Source: Candidatus Eiseniibacteriota bacterium (GTDB lineage: Bacteria > Eisenbacteria > RBG-16-71-46 > JABDJR01). From it: a stretch of DNA of 64,000 nt. The DNA lies in assembly GCA_963783375.1 (NCBI GenBank), contig CAWANH010000028.1:576001-640000 (forward strand). Direction: 5' to 3'. The position numbers and the translations under genes are program-made. Each line of letters starts with the position of its first letter. Positions within the stretch are counted from its first letter, which is position 1. Shown here piece by piece: positions 29,204 through 39,688 of this stretch. The notes beneath the pieces were generated by a model. The model saw only the letters and a list, made by a program, of their open reading frames with translations, made no database searches and was not told the DNA's origin.

Positions 29204-32200
29204 ATGTCGCTCCTACGATCCAAAATCCGGGCGCCCTCGCTGCCTCCCCACGCCATCGAGCGGGCCCGGCTCAGGGACAGGCTTCTGGAACCGGCCTGGA
29301 GGCTCGTCGTGCTCCAGGCCCCGGCGGGTTACGGCAAGACGGTGCTTGCCGCCCAGGTCCAGGCATCGGAGCCGGACCGGACCGCCTGGCTATACCTGGA
29401 GCCCGAAGATGCCGATCCACGGCGCTTCTGCCGGTACCTCGCGGGCGCCCTTCGGGAAGTTCTCCCCGCGCTGGCCGGCACCGAGATCACGAAGCCCGCG
29501 AACGGGGGGGAATTCGATCCGGACGCCTGGGTCGAGGACCTGCTCCTGTTCTTCCACGAGTTCCACAGTTCGCGGGTCCGGCTCGTGCTCGACAACTTCG
29601 AATCGGTGGCCGACGAGCCGGTCGTGAACCGGGTCGTCGATCGCCTGCTCCGGCACGCCGGCGAGGCCATGAGCCTTCTCATCACGACCCGAAGCGACCC
29701 GGGTTTCCCGCTCCAGAAACTGGTCGAGCGGAAGGAGGCCCTCAAGCTCACCGCTCGGAATCTGGCGTTCGACCTCGATGAGTTCAAGAGCGCCGCGCGG
29801 GCCCAGGGGAAGAAGATCCCGCCGACCGACCTGGAGTCGGTGTGGGCGCAGAGCGAGGGTTGGTGCGTGTACCTGGGACTGGGACTGGGGACCGGACCGG
29901 AGGCCCGCCCGCTCTCCCCGGCCTCATCCGGCATCACCGGTTACCTCGAGGAGGAGATCCTCCGCCGCATGCCGGAGAATCAAGCGCGCGTGCTGCGCGA
30001 CACCTGCGTCCTGGACGTGGTTTCCGCCGAGGGGATGGATGCCCTGGGCTTGAACGGGGAGAACTTCCACGAACAGGTCCTGGAACTGGGTCGCCGGGGG
30101 GTACCTCACCTCACCGTGATGGAAGGCGAAGCCGTCCGTCTTCATCCCTTGGTCCGGGGGAAACTGCTTCAGGATCTGCGGCAAAGCCCGCCGACGGAGG
30201 GAAAGCGGAACCTCCTGGACCGGGCGAGCGGGTTCTACCGGTCCCGGGGGCGGAGCGACGCCGCGGTACGGATCCTGCTCGAACTCGAAGCCTACGAACC
30301 GGCCCTGGAGACCCTGTCCGCGAGCTGGGTGGAGCTCGAGGAACAGCAACTCCTTCCCCAGGTGGCCGGCTGGTTGGAGATGTTGCCCCACGGCTATCGC
30401 TCCCATCCGCTCTTCGCGCTGAGCCGGCTTCGGGTGTTCCGCTTCGAGGGCGAGAACCTCCAGATGATCGAATACGCGAACCGTCTGCGCGCCGAGGGAA
30501 CCCTGACCGAAGATTCCCCGGTCTACCCTCAGCTGTGGACCCTCGAGGCCTGGGCCCGGGCCCATCTCGGCAGCGCCAGCTACGGGGAGCTCCGGGCGGA
30601 ATGGGAGCAGCTCCGGGAACGGCTCGACCCCGGAAGCCGGCTCTCGGCCGAATACACCCTCATCGTGGCCGCCCTGTACGACCTGAAGTTCGCCGCGGCG
30701 GATGAGCACACCGGAAGGGCGCTCGCCCTGACCCCTTCCGACTCGGTGACGAATCGCGCGAGGATCCTGAACGCCAGAGGGGTCGTGCTCCACGAGATGG
30801 GGCGTTCCCGCGAAGCCTGCAAGCTGTTCGAGGAGGCCATCTCGAAGTGCCGGCGCCACGGCGAGACGACTTACCAGACCCTGAACCTCCTGGGCAAGGC
30901 ATTCCTCTGCAAGGACGTCGGGCGGTTCCAGGAATCGCTCGAGGTGACCCGGGAGTGTCTGGACGTCGCCCGCGACTCCGGATCCACCCGGTTGGTCCTG
31001 ATCGCTCACGCGGCCCGCACCCGGGGAGAGGTGTTCTGGTACACCGGCCGCTGGACCGATGCCTTTGCCGAGCTGGAGGAATCGTACCGTCTGTTCCAGG
31101 ACTCCAACCGGCACGAGGCGCTGGCGACCGGGGTCCTGATCGATCACTGGCAATCGATCCGGGGGAAACGATCCGATCTCGTTTCCGACGACGACTTCCA
31201 GGGGCGCTTGTCGGTCTCCGAGGCGCGGGTTCGCTATCTCATCCGGAGAAGCCGGGGGGAGACCCGCGCCGGGGATGCCGGGGCCGGCGCCCGCTCCGCC
31301 CGGGAAGGACGGGAGATGGCGCGGGAGATGCCCGCCTGGCAGGCGACGGCGTGGTTCACCGAAGCGTGGGCGCGCGACTCCCTCGGGGATCGAACGGAGT
31401 GCGCCGCCGCCCTGGCCGCGGGACTGGGCATCCTCGAGGAACTGGACCGCTCCGCCTACCCGCTCGCCGACCCGGAGCTCACCGGGTGGCTGTCGGCGGA
31501 GGCCGTGGCCCGGGACATCCGGGTGGAACGCGCGCTGTCCCTGGTCACCGGCGAGAGCCGGATCGACCTTCAGCCGGCCTGGAGCCGGGCCCTCGATCTC
31601 GCGGGGCGGCCGGGACCCGAGAAGGTGAGGCTGGTCGGGGCGGCGGTCCGCCTTCGGATCCGCGGTCTCGACGACCTCGTCGCCGCGTGCACCCAGGTCC
31701 CGGATCCGCCCAAACACGCCTATGCGGCCATGGCGGCGACGGCCCCGCTGCCTTCGCTTCGGGTCCGGCTGTTCGGGCCCTTCGAGGTGCTGGAAAGCGG
31801 GCGCGAGATCCGCTTCCCGAGAACGGCCGCCCGCCGGATCCTCGAGATCCTGCTCCTGGAGCACCCGCGGCCGGTTCACGAAGAGCGCCTCCTGGACCTG
31901 ATCTGGCCGGACGCGGAGCCCTCGAAGGCGAAGCGGAACCTTCAGACCTGCGTCAACGAGCTCCGGAGAAGCCTCGACCCGCACCACCGCCCGCGACGGG
32001 ATTCGTACATAAACTTCCGGAACGAGCACTATGAGCTCGACCTCCCCCCCGGATCCTCCGTCGACCTTCACGAGTTCCGCCGTGAAGTGTCGGGCTCCCA
32101 CGACCCCGCCCGGACGCGGCCCGTGTCGACGGAGCGGCGGAGCCGGGCGCTGGACCTCTACGTCGGGGATCTCCTGGAGGAGGAGCCGTACGAGGAGTTC

Positions 32201-32512
32201 GCGATCGAGCCTCGGGAGAGAGCCCGCGCGCTGATGCTCGAGGGATCGAGCGCTCTCGCATCCGCGCTCATTGAAGCGGGGGAGGAACGAGCGGACGGCG
32301 TTCTTCGGCGGGGCCTCGAGGTGGATCCTCTCTGGGCCGAGGGGGTCGCCCTCCTGATGGCTCATCTCAGGAACCGGGGCCGGGCGCTCGCGGCCATCCG
32401 GCTCTACCGGGAATACGAGGCCCGGCTGGACCAGGAGCTCGGGGTCGAGCCGGACGCACCGCTGCGCCGGATCTTCATGGACCTTACCGAGCCGTCCCGG
32501 GAGGGGGACTGA
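29204..32512 (+). CDS. MalT-like STAND ATPase-TPR transcriptional regulator with C-terminal wHTH-BTAD (SARP-like)
   Basis: 'LLRSKIRAP..IERARL', Walker A 'APAGYGKT', 'LVLDNFE', 'SEGW', 'YLEEEIL', TPR-like helices, 'VRLFGPFEV...LIWPD...LYVGDLL...LGVEPD'. Confidence 0.88.
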   Translation: MSLLRSKIRAPSLPPHAIERARLRDRLLEPAWRLVVLQAPAGYGKTVLAAQVQASEPDRTAWLYLEPEDADPRRFCRYLAGALREVLPALAGTEITKPANGGEFDPDAWVEDLLLFFHEFHSSRVRLVLDNFESVADEPVVNRVVDRLLRHAGEAMSLLITTRSDPGFPLQKLVERKEALKLTARNLAFDLDEFKSAARAQGKKIPPTDLESVWAQSEGWCVYLGLGLGTGPEARPLSPASSGITGYLEEEILRRMPENQARVLRDTCVLDVVSAEGMDALGLNGENFHEQVLELGRRGVPHLTVMEGEAVRLHPLVRGKLLQDLRQSPPTEGKRNLLDRASGFYRSRGRSDAAVRILLELEAYEPALETLSASWVELEEQQLLPQVAGWLEMLPHGYRSHPLFALSRLRVFRFEGENLQMIEYANRLRAEGTLTEDSPVYPQLWTLEAWARAHLGSASYGELRAEWEQLRERLDPGSRLSAEYTLIVAALYDLKFAAADEHTGRALALTPSDSVTNRARILNARGVVLHEMGRSREACKLFEEAISKCRRHGETTYQTLNLLGKAFLCKDVGRFQESLEVTRECLDVARDSGSTRLVLIAHAARTRGEVFWYTGRWTDAFAELEESYRLFQDSNRHEALATGVLIDHWQSIRGKRSDLVSDDDFQGRLSVSEARVRYLIRRSRGETRAGDAGAGARSAREGREMAREMPAWQATAWFTEAWARDSLGDRTECAAALAAGLGILEELDRSAYPLADPELTGWLSAEAVARDIRVERALSLVTGESRIDLQPAWSRALDLAGRPGPEKVRLVGAAVRLRIRGLDDLVAACTQVPDPPKHAYAAMAATAPLPSLRVRLFGPFEVLESGREIRFPRTAARRILEILLLEHPRPVHEERLLDLIWPDAEPSKAKRNLQTCVNELRRSLDPHHRPRRDSYINFRNEHYELDLPPGSSVDLHEFRREVSGSHDPARTRPVSTERRSRALDLYVGDLLEEEPYEEFAIEPRERARALMLEGSSALASALIEAGEERADGVLRRGLEVDPLWAEGVALLMAHLRNRGRALAAIRLYREYEARLDQELGVEPDAPLRRIFMDLTEPSREGD

Positions 32513-32558
32513 CCCTCCGGCGGCGCCCCGGATTCTCCGGGACGGGGAGACCGGCCGG

Positions 32559-33932
32559 TCACGCGGGGTTCGCCGCCGGGAGCCCCAGGTCGCCGGCCAC
32601 CCTGCGATTCAGCCGAAGATTGTTCCGGCAGGAGAGGTTGCCGGCCAAGGTGAAGAACGGCTGGCGTCCCCGGAGCAGGTTGGCCCCCACCCGGCGCGCG
32701 ATCCGCGGCACGGAATAGAAGGTGCGGTTGCACGAGTCCATTTCATTCAGGATCTCGCTTCTGGAGAGGTGATTGTAGATGCTCACCGGATTGGTCAACG
32801 TATAGTGCATCCAGTCTTTCGGAAACGCGTTGGCGACGATGCGACCCTCCGCCTCCATCCGGTCCCACAGGCTCGTGCCCGGTAACGGGGTCAGGAACAG
32901 CACGTTCATGATGTCCACCCCGTAGCGGTTGGCGGCATCGGCGATCTCCCGCCCGATCCCCGGCTCGTCCACGTCCAATCCCATGATGAACGAGCCGCAC
33001 ACCAGAATCCCGTGACGCTGTACCCGGCGGACGGAGGCCCGGAAGTCGCGTCCTTTCTGGATGTTGAACTTCTTGTGGACCTCGATCAGCCCCGCGACAT
33101 TCGGGGACTCGAAACCGATGAACACCCCGGCGCAGCCGGCCTGGGCGGCCAGTCGAAGCAGTTCCTCGTCGTCCGCCATGTTGATGGTGGCCTGGGCGAT
33201 CCACTTCTTGCCGAGGTTCGCGTCGATGAGGGCCCGGAACAACCGTTTGGCCCGGGCGATATGATCGCGCCGGGTCCCGATCAGGTTGTCGTCCACGACC
33301 AGGACGTACTTCTCCTTGATCGACTTGAACTCCCGCACGACGTCCTCGATCGGACGATGCCGGTAGGTTCCTCCGTTGAACGCGGTGACGCTGCAAAAGC
33401 TGCAGCCGAGCGGGCAGCCCCGCGCGGTCTGGATCGAGCCGACGTGATAGCCGGTCGGGAGCAGATCATGCCTGGCCAGAGGGACCCGCTCTATCTCGGC
33501 CTGCGTGCCCTCGTATACCGGCTTCAAGGCGCCGGCCCGGGCATCCTCCAGCACCTGGGACCAGATGTTCTCCGCTTCGCCCGTCACCACCGTATCGACG
33601 AGCGCCGAGGCCTCGGCCAGCCGCATGGTGGCATGGATTCCACCCATCACGACCGGCACGCCCAGGGCACGAAACTGCTTCCCGACTTCGTAGGCGCGGG
33701 GCGCCTGTGATGTGAACGCGGTAACTCCCACCAGATCGGGGCGTGGCACGGCCGTGTAGTCCGGGATGCCGAGATTCTCGTCGATGATCGTGACGTCCCA
33801 ATCGGGAGGAGTCAGGCCGGCCAGGACGAGCAGTCCGAGCGGTTTCCAGATGCGGTACCGGTTCCACCGATTCTCGTCGACCTTCACCATCCCGACGATG
33901 GGGTTCCGCGGATTGATCAGAAGTAGGCGCAT
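32559..33932 (-). CDS. B12-binding domain radical SAM protein
   Basis: 'PLGLLVLAGLTP', 'MGGIHAT', 'RGCPLGCSFC' CxxxCxxC, 'IGFES', 'LTPLPGT'. Confidence 0.92.
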   Translation of the reverse strand: MRLLLINPRNPIVGMVKVDENRWNRYRIWKPLGLLVLAGLTPPDWDVTIIDENLGIPDYTAVPRPDLVGVTAFTSQAPRAYEVGKQFRALGVPVVMGGIHATMRLAEASALVDTVVTGEAENIWSQVLEDARAGALKPVYEGTQAEIERVPLARHDLLPTGYHVGSIQTARGCPLGCSFCSVTAFNGGTYRHRPIEDVVREFKSIKEKYVLVVDDNLIGTRRDHIARAKRLFRALIDANLGKKWIAQATINMADDEELLRLAAQAGCAGVFIGFESPNVAGLIEVHKKFNIQKGRDFRASVRRVQRHGILVCGSFIMGLDVDEPGIGREIADAANRYGVDIMNVLFLTPLPGTSLWDRMEAEGRIVANAFPKDWMHYTLTNPVSIYNHLSRSEILNEMDSCNRTFYSVPRIARRVGANLLRGRQPFFTLAGNLSCRNNLRLNRRVAGDLGLPAANPA

Positions 33933-34098
33933 ACGGACAATTACCACGCAATGCAAAGGGTCGAGCAATTCGGGCCGGCGCCCGTGAAAAGCAGTCTACA
34001 AGCCGCCGGTCGGAGGCACAAGGGGTCGCGGGACCCGGTCGTTCGAACCGCCGGCGCGAAGGCCGGGGACTCGAGTCGCCACGGGGATCGGCGGCCCG

Positions 34099-34791
34099 CT
34101 ACCTGGTCGCGCTGCCGGTCACGACCGGCACGAAGACCGCCACCATGAGGGCGACCTGCATCGCTTCCACGGCCTCTTTGGTGGCCTCGGCCGCCACGTT
34201 TCCGTCGATCAGCTTCTCGATGCGCTGCTTGTGCAGCTCGAGGGTCTTCTTCTCCACCGCATGCTGAAGCAACCCGGTGCGCTTGGCCAATGCGATCAAC
34301 ACCACCGTTCGCGGATCCACCCGGGTGACGGACCCGACGACGGCTCGGCGTATCCGGCGAACGATCTCCTGCTCGGGTCGCGAGTCGGCTTCGGGATAGA
34401 TCGTCCGGTCGAAGACCAGGAGAACGTGGTCCTTCTCCTCCCGGAGCACGCCATCCTCGACCAGGCGCCCGGCGACCCGGTGCTTGAGCCGCTTGATGCT
34501 CGCCAGCTTGAGGATCCACTCCGCCGGCTTTCTGCGCTTCTCATCCCCGGCGATCATCCCGAGACACTCATCGAGAAGCGGATCCCCCAGGGGAGTGGAG
34601 TTCTTCACAACGACACGCGCCTTTCCCTTCTCGCCGTCGACGCCGAGACGCCCGGCGAGCAGGAGTTCGGCCATGAGCGCTCCCCCGGCGGCCTGGTCGA
34701 AGGACGCGCCGAAGTGGACGGTCCCCTTCTCGTCGTTCAAGGCCAGGAGCAGGATCTCCTCGTGCAGGTAGAGAGGCCGGCTTCTTCTCAT
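34099..34791 (-). CDS. GOLPH3/Vps74 (GPP34) family protein
   Basis: 'LYLHEEILLLAL', 'GALMAELLLAGRL', 'GDPLLDECL', 'LVEDGVL...LLVF..TIYP'; RBS AGGAG. Confidence 0.8.
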   Translation of the reverse strand: MRRSRPLYLHEEILLLALNDEKGTVHFGASFDQAAGGALMAELLLAGRLGVDGEKGKARVVVKNSTPLGDPLLDECLGMIAGDEKRRKPAEWILKLASIKRLKHRVAGRLVEDGVLREEKDHVLLVFDRTIYPEADSRPEQEIVRRIRRAVVGSVTRVDPRTVVLIALAKRTGLLQHAVEKKTLELHKQRIEKLIDGNVAAEATKEAVEAMQVALMVAVFVPVVTGSATR

Positions 34792-34927
34792 CTCACTCCT
34801 CTCCCGCGCCCATGAGGCGCGTTCGACCGCCCGGCGCCGCCTCGCCCTCGCCCGGTGCTCCGGAGCGTCCCCGGCCGGCGGGGGGCCGCCCCCCGCGGGG
34901 AGCCCGGGCCGAGCGCCCGGACCCGCA

Positions 34928-35867
34928 TCACCACGGAAGGAGCCGCGCACCCCCTTCGGTGAACTCCTCCCAGAACGCCTCGAGACGCGCCCGGTCGGAC
35001 GGGGACACGCGATACCCCCCGGCCTCCAGGTTGACCTGAAGCTGCTCCGGCGTCCGCATTCCCGGAATCACGCCGCTCACCTCGTCGTAGGCCAGCGCGT
35101 AGCCGAGCGCCTTCCCGGCGAGCACGCCGCCGTCGGCGGTGAGCCACGCCAACCGGGAAACCAACTCCGCCCGTCGCGCGATCTCCTCCGGGCTCCACCG
35201 GGAGCGGACTCCGGTGAACCGGCTCGCGGCGCCGAACCGTCCGGTGAGCCACCCGCTGTCCAGGGGGATCTTCGCGATGATGCCCGCGCCCCGTTCGCTC
35301 ACCCGCGGGAACGCGCGGCGCACCTCCTGGTGGAGGATGTTGAAGCGAACCTCCAGCACCTCGCTCCGGGTGTTCGCCAGGCAGGCTTCCGCGTCGCCGG
35401 AGCGGTCGAGGCTGGCCCCGAAGTGCCGGATCTTCCCCTCGCCCCGCGCCGTCTCCAGCTCGTCCCACAAGGGGTCGGTCCCGGCATACATGGCCGGTTC
35501 GGGGTTGTGCAACAGGAGCACGTCCAGGTGGTCGGTCCGCAGCCGGCGGAGGCTCTCATCCAGGCTCTCCCGGAACCACCCCACCGAGAAGTCGTCGGAG
35601 CCGTCGGGCCGGTGGCCGAACTTGGTGACCAGGACCGCCCGGTCCCGCTTCCCCGACAGGGCCTCGCCCAGCAGTCGTTCGCTTCGGCCCGCGCCGTAGT
35701 TGGGCGAGGTGTCGAAAAGGGTGACGCCGCCCTCGACGGCCTCGGCGACGAGGCGCAAGGCGGCGCGATCGTCCATCGCCCCCCAGGCGGTGCCACCGCC
35801 GAGTTGCCACCCCCAAGACCGATCTCCGAGGCTTCGAGCCCGGTCCGCCCAGTTTACGTCGACGCAT
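34928..35867 (-). CDS. Aldo/keto reductase (two apparent indels near the 5' end)
   Basis: 'FDTSPNYGAGRSE', 'LVTKFG', 'SLRRLRTDHLDVLLLH', 'VIPGMRT'. The N-terminus MRRRKLG/RTGLEASEIGLG/WQLGG is split over three frames. Confidence 0.82.
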
Positions 35868-36964
35868 ACAGCTTCCTTCGCACCCGGTTCGCCCGATGGG
35901 TCGGGCGCGCCGGTGATCGATCCGGCCGGGCGCGGCGGGTCCCGCGATCAGGCTCGCCGAAGACCGCGGGACGGGCGCGGCGCGGCGTTTCCCCCCGCCG
36001 CTGGTGGCGGCGGAGCGCCGCCCGGATGAGCTGGAGGGTGAACCCCTCGTGGCCGGCCGGGTCCCGGGCCAGGCAGAGATCGGCGCTTCCCGCATCGGCG
36101 GGCGGATAGTAGACGCCGCAGTTGGCGTTGATCTCCAGCATGTACGGCGTGCCCTCGAGGTCCACCCTGAGATCGCACCGGCCGAAGCGCGCGCCGTTCA
36201 AGGCCAGGAAGAATCGCGCGCACTCGTCCCGCAAACGGGCGTCCAGAACCGGATCGGTGACCGGAATCGACATCATCCGGTCGTACTCCACCCACTTCAT
36301 GCGCTCGTGCTTGAAGCTTTCCCCCGGGGGGAATCGGTACTGCATGGGGGTGTAGGTGGTGGGCCGCCGGGGATCGTCGGGGTTCTCGGCCACCAGCACC
36401 GTGCACTCGGTCCCTTCGATGAACTCCTCGATGAGGGCCGAGCCATAGCGGGACATGATCTTCCTGGCCTGGCGCCGGAGGCCCGCCGGCGTCCGCACCC
36501 GCGAGAGACGGCTCAAGGCCACGCTGGAATAGCTGCTGGGGTGCTTCACGAAGAGCGGAAAGCGGAGGGTGGACGCCGCCCGCTCCACCTCGGCGGCGTC
36601 GTGCGCCATCACGTAGGCCGGGGTGGCGATGCCCTCGGCGCGGCAGGCCGCCTTCATCATCTCCCGGGTCGGCTCGTAGAACTCCGAGGTGGCGCCGGTG
36701 AAGGGAACCCCGTGCTCCTCCAGGGTCTGCACGACCTCGATCCCCGGGATGTCCTGGTCGTCGGCCCCGTCGCAGAGGTTGAAAAAGACGTCGAAGCCCT
36801 CCCCGATAAGACGGGTCACCGTCTCCACCGAGGTCGCCTTCTTCCCGAGCGTGGCCACCGTCCACTCCGCCTCGGGGAAGAACGGCCGCGGATCGCAGGG
36901 CCAATCGTCCGAGGGGAACGGATCGGCGTCGAGATCCTGGGTCGTCAACAAGACAGATGCGCAT
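35854..36964 (-). CDS. D-Ala-D-Ala ligase-like ATP-grasp protein (one apparent indel near 36950)
   Basis: 'FFNLCDGA', 'VPFTGA', 'FPLFVKHP..SS', 'LIEEFIEGTECTV', 'GRCDLR', 'LEINANCG'. The start MRICL joins LTTQD after a frameshift. Confidence 0.8.
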
Positions 36965-37165
36965 CGGCGCGGGAGCCTACCCGTTTTCGCGCGAGGTGTC
37001 CACGACATCGGGACGGGGCCGGATCGGCGCGGCCGACGGATGTATTCGATTGCAACCACACGTCTTGCAGCCAACCGGATGGCGCCGCGTTCCACCCGCG
37101 ACCGATACTCCGCGCCGCTCCCGATCGAGCTTGTCCCGGCCATTCCCTTCTGGGACACTCCCCGC

Positions 37166-37422
37166 ATGGCACGCGTGGTCTTCACCTCCCACTTGAAACG
37201 GCACGTCGATCGCCGACCTCCGCGGTCTCGGGGGAAACGGTGCGGGACGTCCTGGGGGCGGTGTTCGCCGGCAACCCGAAGCTCGGACCCTACGTCCTCG
37301 ACGAGCAGGGGGAGATCCGGCGTCACGTGGTGGTGTTCGTGGACGGTGAGCGAGCGGGCCTGAACGACCCCGTGAACGACTCGAGCGAGATCCACGTCAT
37401 GCAGGCCCTCTCCGGAGGGTAG
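37166..37422 (+). CDS. MoaD/ThiS-family ubiquitin-like protein (apparent indel near 37212)
   Basis: MARVVFTSHLKRHVD, then after a frameshift 'GETVRDVL...YVLDEQGEIRRHVVVFVDG...QALSGG' with a C-terminal GG. Confidence 0.8.
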
Positions 37423-37461
37423 GTCCCTTTCCCTCGGTCCGCCCCGCGAAGGAGAACCCCC

Positions 37462-38549
37462 ATGAGCCAGCGCCTCTTCGTCGCCACCCGGAAGGGCCTC
37501 TTCTCCCTGAACCGCGAAAAGGGGAAACGTGGGAAGTGGAAGATCGCCCGCACCGCCTTCCTGGGCTCTCCGGTCGGCATGGTGCTCCCCGACACCCGCG
37601 ACCGCACCCTCTACGCCGCCCTGACCCTCGGCCATTTCGGGGCGAAGCTCCATCGCTCCCCCGACCGCGGAAAGACCTGGGAGGATGCGCCGTCCCCGCC
37701 TTCCCCAAGTCCGAGGCCCCGGAGGTCGCGAAGGGATCGACCCTGAAGCAGGTCTGGTGCCTGGAAGCGGGGGAAAGGACGAAGCCGGGACGCTCTGGGC
37801 CGGCACCATCCCCGGCGGGCTCTTCCGCTCCACCGACCGGGCGACACATGGAAAATGATCAAGGCGCTCTGGAATCTCCCGGAACGCGGAAAGTGGATCG
37901 GCGGCGGCTACGACGGGTCCGGCATTCACTCGATCTGCGTCGATCCGCGCGACCCGCAGGCACCTGACGGTCGGCATATCGATCGGCGGGGTCTGGCACA
38001 GCGAGGATGGCGGCGAAAGCTGGAAGTCCGGACCGGGGATGTTCGCGGAGTACATGCCGCCGGACCGCCGCGAGGACCCGGTCATGCAGGACCCCCACCG
38101 CATCGTGCGGAACGAGGCCGACCCCGACGTCCTCTGGTGCCAGCACCACAACGGTGTCTTCCGCTCCGCCGACCGCGGGCGCACCTGGGAGACCATCACG
38201 GTCAAGCCTTCGGTGTTCGGCTTCGCGGTGGCAGGCCACCCCAGGGACCCGAGGACCGCGTGGTTGGTTCCCGCGATCAAGGACGAGTGCCGGGTGCCGG
38301 TGGGCGGGAAGATGGTGGCCGTCCGCACCCGGGACGAAGGGAAGAGCTTCAAGACGCTTCGACCGGGCTGCCCCAGAGCGCGCCTACGACCTGGTCTACC
38401 GGCACGGGCTGGACGTGGGCACCGAAGGCAAGATGCTGGCCTTGGGCTCCACCACCGGCTCGCTCTGGATCTCCGAGGACTCCGGGGACTCCTGGAAGAC
38501 GTTCTCGGCCAACCTGCCGCCGGTTTACTGCGTGCGGTTCGAGAAGTAG
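37462..38549 (+). CDS. BNR/Asp-box beta-propeller (exo-alpha-sialidase-like) protein, several apparent indels
   Basis: 'LFVATRKGLF', 'GHFGAKLHRS.DRGKTW', 'IHSICVDPRDP', 'QDPHRIV', 'QHHNGVFRS', 'AYDLVYRHGLD', 'SEDSGDSW' spread across frames. Confidence 0.75.
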
Positions 38550-38658
38550 TGTCCCGTCCCGGGAGTTCGTGGTCCCGGTCCGGGCATCGTCGGCGCGCGG
38601 TGACGGGCGCCGGGGTCTCGGGGGGCGCGCACCCCGGTCCGGGCGCGCGCGGAGCGCC

Positions 38659-39567
38659 ATGCCGAACGAGGGATACACCTACCGCGAGCGACTGGGAGCC
38701 CTTCCTCCCGGCACGACCCTGCTCGGCTACCTGAGCGAGCGCTACCCGCACTCCTCGGCGGAGGCGTGGCGCGACCGGATCGAGGCGGGCCTGGTCACCG
38801 TGGACGGCGCCCCCGCCGGTCCGGACACCGCGCTCACGCCGGGCCGGGAGGTCGCCTGGCTCCGGCCCCCATGGGTGGAACCGGAGGCGCCCTGCGCGTA
38901 CGCGCTCCTCTACCGGGACGCGGAGATCCTGGCGGTGGCCAAGCCGGCGGGACTGCCCACCCTTCCCGGCGGCGGCTACCTGGAGCACACCCTCCTGGCG
39001 GTGGTGCGGCGCCGCTATCCCGAGGCATCGCCGCTCCACCGGTTGGGGCGGTGGACGTCGGGGCTCGTCCTGTTCGCGCGCACCCCCGGGGCCCTGGCCG
39101 TTCTCTCCGAGGCCTGGCGAAAGGGCCGGGTGCAAAAGCGCTACCGCGCGCTCGCCTCCGGGCGGGCGGAGCGGAAACGCTTCTCGGTGGAGCTTCCCAT
39201 CGGTCCGGTGCCGCACGCCGTCCTCGGCACGGTCCACGGCGTCTCGCCCACCGGCCGGCGCGCGGTGAGCGACGTGCGGGTCCTGGAGGAACGGGCGGAC
39301 ATGTTCCTGGCCGACGTGGAGATCGAAACCGGCCGGCCCCACCAGATCCGGATTCATCTCGCCGGCGCCGGCCACCCCCTGGTCGGTGACCCCCTGTACC
39401 CGGTGGGAGGCGTGCCGGCCATGGGAACCACCGCCCTGCCCGGAGATCCGGGCTACCTCCTCCACGCCGCCGAACTCCGGTTCCCCCATCCACAAACCGG
39501 GCGCCTGCTTCGCCTTCGCTCGGAGCCGCCCCCGCCCCTTCGTCTCTCCGATCCACGACGCGGATAG
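38659..39567 (+). CDS. RluA/RluD-family pseudouridine synthase
   Basis: S4-like N-terminus, 'AVAKPAGL', '[10 protein letters not shown]' (canonical catalytic Asp reads Gly here), '[11 protein letters not shown]', 'GDPLY'. Confidence 0.85.
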   Translation: MPNEGYTYRERLGALPPGTTLLGYLSERYPHSSAEAWRDRIEAGLVTVDGAPAGPDTALTPGREVAWLRPPWVEPEAPCAYALLYRDAEILAVAKPAGLPTLPGGGYLEHTLLAVVRRRYPEASPLHRLGRWTSGLVLFARTPGALAVLSEAWRKGRVQKRYRALASGRAERKRFSVELPIGPVPHAVLGTVHGVSPTGRRAVSDVRVLEERADMFLADVEIETGRPHQIRIHLAGAGHPLVGDPLYPVGGVPAMGTTALPGDPGYLLHAAELRFPHPQTGRLLRLRSEPPPPLRLSDPRRG

Positions 39568-39688
39568 CCGGTCCCCGGGGCTCCCGTCACACGCCCCCGA
39601 GGAAACCGTAATCACTCTCCGAAGGGAAACCGGAAGCCGGACGCCGCCGAGCGCGGGGCGCCCACCCCTCCGGAGAAAGCGAGCGACC

